Positions 26,931-33,740 of a stretch of 33,740 nt of DNA are shown here, piece by piece. This stretch comes from Betaproteobacteria bacterium SG8_40 (GTDB taxonomy: Bacteria; Pseudomonadota; Gammaproteobacteria; Burkholderiales; Eutrophovitaceae), in the NCBI GenBank assembly GCA_001304425.1, contig LJTS01000001.1, positions 1 through 33,740 of the forward strand, read 5' to 3'. The notes beneath the pieces are model-generated. The model was not told the DNA's origin. It worked only from the letters and a program-made list of their open reading frames with translations, and ran no database searches. Made by a program: the position numbers and the translations under genes. The first letter of the stretch is position 1, and each line of letters begins with the position of its first letter.

Positions 26931-27851
26931 ATGGAAGAAATCTGCCGCGGTCTGAGATTTCCCGAGGGGCCGATCGCAATGAACGATGGTTCGGTGATGC
27001 TGGTCGAGATCGAGCGCCGGACGCTGTCGCGGGTGGAACCGGACGGCAGGATCAGCGTGATTGCCGAGTGCGGAGGCGGTCCCAACGGTGCTGCCGTCGG
27101 GCCCGACGGGCGTGTCTATATCTGCAACAACGGCGGGTTCGAGTGGACGCAGCAAGGCCCGTTTCTGCGTCCGGGCGAAAACCTCGCTGCCGACTATCAG
27201 GGCGGCAGCATCCAGGCCGTGGATATCGGCACCGGCGCGGTGGAAACGATATACACGGAATGCAACGGCGAATCCCTGAAAGGGCCGAATGACATCGTAT
27301 TCGATGCGAAGGGCGGCTTCTACTTCACCGACCTCGGCAAGCGCCGCGGGCGTTCGCTCGATCGCGGATCGGTGTTCTACGCGCAGCCCGACGGCAGCGG
27401 CATTGAGGAAGTCGTGCATCCGATCGATACGCCGAACGGCATCGGCCTGTCTGCCGACGAGTCGACGCTGTACGTCGCCGAGACCTTCGGTGCCCGCGTC
27501 TGGGCCTTCGATATCAAGAGCCCGGGAAAACTCGGGCGGGGCCCGCATCCGTTCTTTCCCGGGCGCCTGCTGCACAAGTTCAGTGGGTACGAGCGCCTCG
27601 ATTCGCTGGCAATGGATTCCGAAGGTAACGTGGTGGTCGCCACTCTGGGAACAGGCTGCATAACCGCTATCTCTCCCGAAGGCGTGGTGCGGGCAGTGGT
27701 GCCGGTACCGGAATTTGATCTGATGGTTACAAACGTCTGTTTTGGTGGTCCGGACCTGAAAACCGCGTACATCACTTCCTCGGGCCTGGGGCGGCTGTAT
27801 AAGGTTCAGTGGCATTGCCCTGGTTTGCCATTGAACTTCCTGAACCGCTGA
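26931..27851 (+). CDS. SMP-30/gluconolactonase/LRE family protein
   Basis: ATG at 26931 after GGGAGGAAAA. FPEGP start motif, PNDIVFD, PNGIGLS and repeated beta-propeller blades. Confidence 0.88.
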   Translation: MEEICRGLRFPEGPIAMNDGSVMLVEIERRTLSRVEPDGRISVIAECGGGPNGAAVGPDGRVYICNNGGFEWTQQGPFLRPGENLAADYQGGSIQAVDIGTGAVETIYTECNGESLKGPNDIVFDAKGGFYFTDLGKRRGRSLDRGSVFYAQPDGSGIEEVVHPIDTPNGIGLSADESTLYVAETFGARVWAFDIKSPGKLGRGPHPFFPGRLLHKFSGYERLDSLAMDSEGNVVVATLGTGCITAISPEGVVRAVVPVPEFDLMVTNVCFGGPDLKTAYITSSGLGRLYKVQWHCPGLPLNFLNR

Positions 27852-27968
27852 TGCGATGAACGCGGGAAGGCGGCCTGATGCGCTCTGCGGGTGCCGCCGT
27901 TGCAGAGCGGTGTGGCGGTCGGCGCCTATCGGCAGATTGCGCCAGCGTTGAAGGCGAAGGGCTAGCGC

Positions 27969-28604
27969 ATGACCGAAACCGCAGTCGTTGCTTTCGCAAC
28001 TTTTTTTGCGACCATCAGCCCTCTCGACATATCGGCGATCTTTGCGGCACTGACGGTCGGCGCAACGGCACGGCACCGGCGGGCGATGGCTATTCGGGCG
28101 ACGCTGATCGCCACAGCGATTCTGTTGTTGTTTGCGTTTGCGGGGAACATGCTGTTGGCCAGCATTGGTATCTCGCTTGCGGCGTTGAGAACGGCCGGGG
28201 GCATCCTGTTGTTGTTGATCGCAATCGAAATGGTGTTTGCGAGAACATCCGGCGGCACCTCGGCGACCGACGAGGAAAAACTGGAAGCCGCGACGCGGCA
28301 GGACATTTCGGTGTTTCCGCTGGCAACCCCTCTGATTGCCGGTCCAGGTGCGATGGGCGCCACCATTCTGTTGATGGCAAACGCACACGGCGATCTGCTG
28401 CAACAAGCGGCCGTGATTGCCGCGATGCTCGCGGTTCTGACAGTGACCGCGATCTCATTGCTGCTGGCTGGAAAGATTCAGCAGCTTCTCGGGGTGACGG
28501 GCATGCATGTGATCACGCGCGTCATGGGTATTTTGCTGTCGGCCCTTGCGGTCCAGTTTATTTTTGATGGCATCAAGCAAAGCGGCATACTCGGTACGCT
28601 GTGA
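27969..28604 (+). CDS. MarC family (UPF0056) integral membrane protein
   Basis: 211 aa, six hydrophobic helices, with a conserved N-terminus FATFFATISPLD and a PLATPLIAGPGA motif. Confidence 0.88.
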   Translation: MTETAVVAFATFFATISPLDISAIFAALTVGATARHRRAMAIRATLIATAILLLFAFAGNMLLASIGISLAALRTAGGILLLLIAIEMVFARTSGGTSATDEEKLEAATRQDISVFPLATPLIAGPGAMGATILLMANAHGDLLQQAAVIAAMLAVLTVTAISLLLAGKIQQLLGVTGMHVITRVMGILLSALAVQFIFDGIKQSGILGTL

Positions 28605-28912
28605 TTCGCGTTGACCGCGCTTGAGCCGACAACCTCAGGTTTACGCGCGCAGGTCGGGGGTGGAGCCGCCTCTGTTGTTGCCTTTTGGCAGCTCAGCCGC
28701 GATATCGCCCTGGTGACTTGCAAATAGTTGGAGACAAGTGGGCGCAACAGGGCCAGACTTGCTTCGAGGGTGTGCTCATGCGCGGGCATGGGGCGGCGTA
28801 TCCGACGATCTCTGTACCGGCAATCGGCTTCCCATGCGACCGACACGGAGTCTGCCTTCTGCTCGAGGGCGTTAATGAACGATGAAAGGGTGCTTCATGC
28901 GGCGCAAGCAGC

Positions 28913-29380
28913 TTGGCGATGGTACGAACGCATGACAGATATGACAGGAATCGCCAGCGGGCGAACGGGTTTTGCCCTGATCAGAACCGGGGTGCGCTGG
29001 TCGGAGTGTCGTGGTTTGTGTCGGGAAAGTCGGCAGGCTGCGCGGGTGATTCCGTGACGGGGGCCTACGATTCGGTCGCCTACCAGACGACACTGGTGCA
29101 GACACATGCAAACGTCAAAACCGTGCTCAAGCGCAGATTGCTCGATCCGTTGCGCTACATTGTCGAAATCGATCCCGGGTTACCGATCTTCGCGCTTCGT
29201 GACGCGCATCAGTTGCGCATTGCCTACAACCGTTTCGCGACCCTGTCGGTAGAAGCCAGTATTCCGCACGAATGGATGCTGGAAGAGTCGGGGAAGGGGC
29301 ACGATCATTTCATGCGTGCTGTCGATGATATGGTGCTTTCGTTGAAAAGCAAGGTAGAGGCGACCGGACGGCCGGTCTGA
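28913..29380 (+). CDS. hypothetical protein or gene remnant
   Basis: TTG-initiated ORF. Only the C-terminal ~105 aa look protein-like. No SD, and a competing frame (ATG 28875) exists upstream. Confidence 0.3.
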   Translation: MAMVRTHDRYDRNRQRANGFCPDQNRGALVGVSWFVSGKSAGCAGDSVTGAYDSVAYQTTLVQTHANVKTVLKRRLLDPLRYIVEIDPGLPIFALRDAHQLRIAYNRFATLSVEASIPHEWMLEESGKGHDHFMRAVDDMVLSLKSKVEATGRPV

Positions 29381-29467
29381 AGACGTCCCGGACAGTGTTG
29401 CCGTGTGTCTGCCGCCCGGTTGGGTGACAGCGTCCCGCCGTTCTTCTGCCATGCACACGAGGCAAAT

Positions 29468-30715
29468 CTAACTATTCGGCCGTTTGTAGAACTTCCCTTC
29501 TTTCATCACCGCGATGAGTTTGTGTTCATCCTGAAGAATGGTGACGTCTTGCAGCGGATCGCCGTCGACCAGGATCAGGTCCGCGAGAAAGCCGCTCTGG
29601 ATGAGTCCCGTCTGCTCGCTCATTCCCATGATCCCGGCCCCCGATCTGGTCGCCGCCATGATGGCGTCCATAGGAGAAAAGTCCAGGAGCCTGACGAATA
29701 GTTCGATATCGCGCGCGTTGGCGCCGATGGGTGCCCAGGCGAAGCCGTAGTCGCCGCCTGGCAATACGCGCACGCCGCGCCGGTGCAGCGTTTTCATGTT
29801 TTCGATGCCGGTCTCGATTTCCTGTTCCAGTGCTCGTTTGTGCGCAGGGCTGAATTCGATTCCCCAGGACGCTGCCTGATTGAGCGTTGCATGCAGGTTG
29901 CCCAGCGTAGGCGCTACAAAGACCCGGTCGCGCGCGGCCTCGAGCAGGTCCCGGGCTTCGCTATCGATCAACGTCGCGTGGTAGATCACCTCGACGCCGT
30001 GGCGCAGCGCCAGTTTCACCGACTGCGCGCTTCGCGCATGTGCCGCGAAGCGCTTGTTGTGGGCCTTGGCAACTGCGTGCACCGCAGCGATTTCCTCGTC
30101 TTCCATGACCGTTGTGTCCGCCGGCGAGGCCGGGGTGCCGGCGTCACCGGATACGTTGACCTTCAGCGTGTCGACGCCTTCGCGGCACATGAGTCTGGCA
30201 AAGCGCCGGAATTCGTTTGCGCCATCGAGCACCACTGCGAAATTCTCCCGATACAGATGCGAAAGACGCACGTCGCCAAGGCCGCCCGTCACGGTCATTT
30301 CAGGCGATGCTGCCAGCGTTCTCGGTCCGGGAAAGTCGCCGGCATTGATTGCGTTGCGCAGCACGACATCGAGGCGCGGCTTCGCCGACGCCGCACTAAA
30401 GCAGCTGGTAAAACCCATCTCCAGCATCTTGCGTGCGTTGCGCACGGTGATCAGCGTGTGCTCTTCGGGCGGAATCGATCCCATATCCACCGAGCGCGTG
30501 CAATCCGTGAAAGTCAGATGCGAATGGGGCTCGATGAGCCCGGGCATCAGCGTAGCGCCTTGGCCGTCGAAAACATCAGCATCGACGGTTTCCGGCGCCT
30601 GCCCCTTGCGCCAGATTGCCTCGATGCGGTCTGCCACGACGAGCACCTGTCCTTCAAATGGCGGCTTGCCGCTGCAATCCAGAATGCGTACGTTGCTGAA
30701 GAGCGTTCTTGTCAT
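29468..30715 (-). CDS. amidohydrolase family metal-dependent hydrolase
   Basis: N-terminal GLIEPHSHL (HxH metal motif) after a beta-sandwich lead-in, with later H/D ligand contexts. 415 aa. Confidence 0.88.
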   Translation of the reverse strand: MTRTLFSNVRILDCSGKPPFEGQVLVVADRIEAIWRKGQAPETVDADVFDGQGATLMPGLIEPHSHLTFTDCTRSVDMGSIPPEEHTLITVRNARKMLEMGFTSCFSAASAKPRLDVVLRNAINAGDFPGPRTLAASPEMTVTGGLGDVRLSHLYRENFAVVLDGANEFRRFARLMCREGVDTLKVNVSGDAGTPASPADTTVMEDEEIAAVHAVAKAHNKRFAAHARSAQSVKLALRHGVEVIYHATLIDSEARDLLEAARDRVFVAPTLGNLHATLNQAASWGIEFSPAHKRALEQEIETGIENMKTLHRRGVRVLPGGDYGFAWAPIGANARDIELFVRLLDFSPMDAIMAATRSGAGIMGMSEQTGLIQSGFLADLILVDGDPLQDVTILQDEHKLIAVMKEGKFYKRPNS

Positions 30716-30890
30716 GTCGGCCGGGAATCGAAGCGGTTAATCGGATACAACGAACGGGAACAACCAGTTTCGCGCGTGCCAAGTATAGTGCCCTCGCGGC
30801 GTTTTGCGCATGTGGTCGCTGCCGGAAACAAAGTGACATAATCTGTTCACCAGGCAAGTTTGCAGGTGATTCGTTGGCAGGACGGGCAGA

Positions 30891-31826
30891 ATGAAATACA
30901 AGGACTATTACGAAATTCTCGGCGTCAAACGCGATGCCAGCGCGGATGACATCAGGAAGGCCTACCGCCGGCTGGCGCGGAAATACCACCCGGACGTTTC
31001 CGAGGACCCGCGGGGCGAGGAGAAATTCAAGGATGTCTCCGAGGCCTACAAGACGCTGAAAGATCCGGAGGCGCGGGCCGCCTACGACAACCTGGGCAAG
31101 CACAGGCCCGGCGAGGAATTTCGGCCGCCCCCGGATTGGGGGCAGGGCTTCGGCGACGGGTCGTTCTCGTCGGAGGACATCGATTTGTCAGACCTGTTCG
31201 CGGCCTTCGGCGGCGGCCGGGGACGTCAGGGGGCGATGCCGATTCCGGGGCAGGACTTCGAGGTGACTGCGCCGATTTCGATCGAAGAAGCCTGGCGCGG
31301 CACCGAACTGGAACTCAACCTCAGCGTGCCGGAGTATGACGGCAAGGGCGGCGTGCGCAGAGTGCCCCTTGTGTTCAAGGCGCGTATCCCCAAAGGGGTG
31401 ACGGACGGAGAAAAACTGCGCCTCCCGGGCAAGGGCGGCAAGGGACTGAACGGCGGTCCGAATGGTAGTTTGTACCTGAACATCGCGTTCAAACCGAATC
31501 CGCTGTTTCGCGCAGTCGGCCATGACCTCTACCTGGACTTGCCGCTGGCGCCATGGGAGGCCGCGCTTGGCGCCAGTGTCGAAGTGCCGACGCTGGCAGG
31601 TTCGGTGCGGTTGAAAATACCGCCAGGGACGAACAGCGGACGCAAGCTGCGTTTGTCCGGGCGGGGATTGCCCAGGCGCGGCGAGGGCGAGGGTGACTTG
31701 TTCGCCATTGCGCAGATTGTAGTGCCGGATACGCTTACCGAACGCGAGCAAGCCTTGCTCAAGGAACTGGCAGCTGCTTCGAAATTCGATCCGCGCAAGG
31801 CATTTCCGAAAGGAGATGGGAAATGA
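30891..31826 (+). CDS. cbpA: curved-DNA-binding DnaJ-like co-chaperone CbpA
   Basis: J domain DYYEILGV...KAYRRLARKYHPD and no zinc-finger region. It is followed by a cbpM-like gene. Confidence 0.9.
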   Translation: MKYKDYYEILGVKRDASADDIRKAYRRLARKYHPDVSEDPRGEEKFKDVSEAYKTLKDPEARAAYDNLGKHRPGEEFRPPPDWGQGFGDGSFSSEDIDLSDLFAAFGGGRGRQGAMPIPGQDFEVTAPISIEEAWRGTELELNLSVPEYDGKGGVRRVPLVFKARIPKGVTDGEKLRLPGKGGKGLNGGPNGSLYLNIAFKPNPLFRAVGHDLYLDLPLAPWEAALGASVEVPTLAGSVRLKIPPGTNSGRKLRLSGRGLPRRGEGEGDLFAIAQIVVPDTLTEREQALLKELAAASKFDPRKAFPKGDGK

Positions 31827-32200
31827 AACTCGAAATCACAGATGCCGAATGGTTGTGCGAGCGCCCGGAAGTGAGTCTGGAAGAACTGGTCGAGTTGTCA
31901 GGTCTTTCACCAGAGCTTCTGGTCGAACTCGTGGAGTATGGCGCGCTCGCGCCAACCGGAACGATATCGGCGGCCGGCGCGGGCTCGCGAACCGAAGCGC
32001 AACCAATGCAGTGGCGGTTCGCTTCGGATTGCGTCATTGCGGTGCAAACCGTCAGCCGCCTGCGCGATGACTTCGATCTGGACGCGAACGCATTGTCGGT
32101 GGCAATGATGCTGGTCGAGCGGATTCGCGGGCTGGAAGCGCAACTGCAGGAATTGCAGTCCCATCTTCCGCAACCCGACAGGCAAGTCCGGCGCGAGTAG
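31823..32200 (+). CDS. cbpM: chaperone modulator CbpM (MerR-like fold)
   Basis: ATGA overlap with the cbpA stop and an AGGAG SD. The size and the position immediately after cbpA fit CbpM. Confidence 0.8.
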   Translation: MKLEITDAEWLCERPEVSLEELVELSGLSPELLVELVEYGALAPTGTISAAGAGSRTEAQPMQWRFASDCVIAVQTVSRLRDDFDLDANALSVAMMLVERIRGLEAQLQELQSHLPQPDRQVRRE

Positions 32201-32265
32201 TGTTTACCAAGGCGCCGGAAAGCTGCTGATTATTGACTTGTCTCCAGAGGCGTTCTGTTGCCGGT

Positions 32266-33141
32266 TCAGTATGTCGGCCCGGCATCATCTCGCTGACGCG
32301 GATCGCCATCTGTGCTGGCGGCGCTGAGTAAAATGACTTCAATTTCCTCGATGATTTCTTCCTGACGCAGGGCGTTGCTTTGTCGAGCCAGTTCCGCTGA
32401 CTGATCGTCAAGGTGTTTGACGGCCCCCTCCAGGTGGGTAACGCGATGGCGATTTTCCAGCATCAGCGAGGTGTAGAGGATTGCGTGAAGGGCAGCGAAC
32501 AGGTATTGGTCGGTAAGTTCGATCAGGAACGCGGCGGGCGGAAGGTGTAGCAGCGGTGGGACAGAATGATGTTGCGGTGTGCCGGGAAACTCCGCAAAAG
32601 GCGGCAACAGCGGTTTCACTACGACGCCGTCCTCGCTGCCGTGATAGACACAGAACACTTCACCGGCGCCATTACGGGTTTGAAACGAAACAATTTCGTT
32701 CGCCAGTTGATTCAGCACACCGGCTACTTCTTCCACGACGCTCGCGCCATCGATCCAGGCGACGACCCGTGCATCACCTTCAAGCAGTGTATGCAGTTTG
32801 TGTCCGACCGCGATCAACGCCGGACTGCCGGATGAGCGCTCGCGCAGCGCCGATTGCTGTTTCTCGAGCAAAGCGTGATTGAAGTCGCCGCAGAACCCGC
32901 GTTCGGACCCGATCACCAGGTAAAGCGGCGTTCCCGTCTGGGCTTGCGGCAGCACGTCGCCGTGGAAACTCAAGAAATCCGCCGCGACCTCCTTGATGCT
33001 TCGTTCGACTGCGGTTTGGGCATCCAGAAAACGGGACAGCTTGCGGGTTTCCATATAAGCCAGGGTTTTCATCGAGTTCATGATTTCCCGAATCTCGGCC
33101 AGGCTCTGCCGACGCCGCTCCACGTTTCGCCGACGGCTCAC
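32266..33141 (-). CDS. atpG: F-type ATPase gamma subunit, probable N-ATPase operon
   Basis: [23 protein letters not shown] matches the gamma N-terminal helix, and the C-terminus [13 protein letters not shown] matches the gamma C-helix. The GTG at 33141 overlaps the atpA TGA (GTGA). Confidence 0.85.
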   Translation of the reverse strand: MSRRRNVERRRQSLAEIREIMNSMKTLAYMETRKLSRFLDAQTAVERSIKEVAADFLSFHGDVLPQAQTGTPLYLVIGSERGFCGDFNHALLEKQQSALRERSSGSPALIAVGHKLHTLLEGDARVVAWIDGASVVEEVAGVLNQLANEIVSFQTRNGAGEVFCVYHGSEDGVVVKPLLPPFAEFPGTPQHHSVPPLLHLPPAAFLIELTDQYLFAALHAILYTSLMLENRHRVTHLEGAVKHLDDQSAELARQSNALRQEEIIEEIEVILLSAASTDGDPRQRDDAGPTY

Positions 33142-33740
33142 GATGACTCCGGCTTGTTGCCGCCGCCGGCCCAGCCGGCAACGGCCGAACTCCATTCCGC
33201 TCGAGGGGAGTCGAGGTCAAGCGAAACGCCTTTGAGCGCTTTCTCCAGAGACTCCAGCAAGCGGGGAATCGTTTCAAGCTCGGCGGAATCAAATAGTCCG
33301 TCATTGAATGCCACCAGCCACGCCATCTGAAATGCCGCCGGCTGGGGAACGAGGCGATCCTGTTTGAGAATTTCCCTCAGGATGCGGCCTTTGCGAATCA
33401 CCGCTTCCATGGACGCTTCGAGACGTGCTCCGAAGCGGGTAAAAACTTCGAGTTCCTGAAACTGGAGATAGTCGAGTTTCATGCGTCCCGCTTCCGCTTT
33501 GATGCGCGGATGTTGCGCCTGCCCGCCGATGCGTGAAACCGATCGGGCGATATCGATGGCCGGCCGGAATCCACCGGCGAACAGGCCTCGATCGAGGTAG
33601 ATCTGGCCATCGGTGATCGAAATCAGGTTGGTGGGGATGTAGGAAGCGATTTCGCCGAGCTGTGTTTCGACAATCGGCAGCGCGGTCATGCTGCCGCCGC
33701 CACGGGTGGCATTCAGGCAAGTGGCGCGTTCCAGCAATCT
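33138..33740 (-). CDS. atpA: F-type ATPase alpha subunit, C-terminal part (5' end lies beyond the window)
   Basis: [60 protein letters not shown] is unmistakably F1-alpha. The frame is open to the window edge. Confidence 0.92.
   Translation of the reverse strand, partial: RLLERATCLNATRGGGSMTALPIVETQLGEIASYIPTNLISITDGQIYLDRGLFAGGFRPAIDIARSVSRIGGQAQHPRIKAEAGRMKLDYLQFQELEVFTRFGARLEASMEAVIRKGRILREILKQDRLVPQPAAFQMAWLVAFNDGLFDSAELETIPRLLESLEKALKGVSLDLDSPRAEWSSAVAGWAGGGNKPESS

Noticed and set aside
26727-28406. A 559-aa minus-strand ORF opposite the lactonase and MarC genes.
   Set aside because: Its product is compositionally implausible (Arg/Gln/His/Cys-rich), and it crosses two well-supported plus-strand genes.
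29783-30841. A 352-aa plus-strand ORF opposite the amidohydrolase gene.
   Set aside because: This is a shadow ORF; the minus-strand product has the HxH amidohydrolase motif and a sensible domain layout.
30891-32200. The cbpA-cbpM pair as something unusual.
   Set aside because: This is a standard, well-described co-chaperone/modulator operon with the usual overlapping stop/start.
1-33740. A search by eye for CRISPR repeats, long direct or inverted repeats, tRNA T-loop motifs, IS ends, and integrase or transposase genes.
   Set aside because: None was found. A by-eye scan cannot exclude short or degenerate repeats, so a self dot-plot plus tRNAscan and Rfam scans would be needed to be sure.

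Overview
GC-rich, densely coding bacterial chromosomal segment, probably proteobacterial, with about 36 genes mostly on the + strand. All family calls are by eye from motifs in the supplied translations; nothing was searched. Contents fall into four groups. (1) Small-molecule enzymes: RidA, PhyH-type dioxygenase, esterase, amidase, CrtI-like flavoprotein, SDR, PPK2, SMP-30 lactonase, amidohydrolase, VOC and CMD proteins. (2) Envelope proteins: two outer-membrane barrels, several orphan secreted proteins, TM2, MarC and an SLC13 permease. (3) Stress and regulation genes: AraC regulator, LemA plus M48 protease, CbpA-CbpM, sirtuin and a CBS pair. (4) On the - strand at the right edge, the last two genes (alpha, gamma) of an F-type ATPase operon whose gene order fits the alternative N-ATPase type. 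I saw no rRNA, tRNA, CRISPR array, transposase, integrase, phage gene or recognisable defence module, so I cannot point to a clear multi-gene novel system. The most unusual items are: (a) a 919-aa tail-anchored protein that is essentially one ~700-residue Ala/Glu/Arg/Gln helix, with a 440-nt signal-rich leader upstream and a sirtuin downstream; (b) a translationally coupled cassette of three orphan small proteins (4225-5127); (c) a LemA plus long M48 protease pair; (d) an 860-bp stretch with ambiguous coding (28605-29467). High GC produces many long spurious antisense ORFs, which I rejected.
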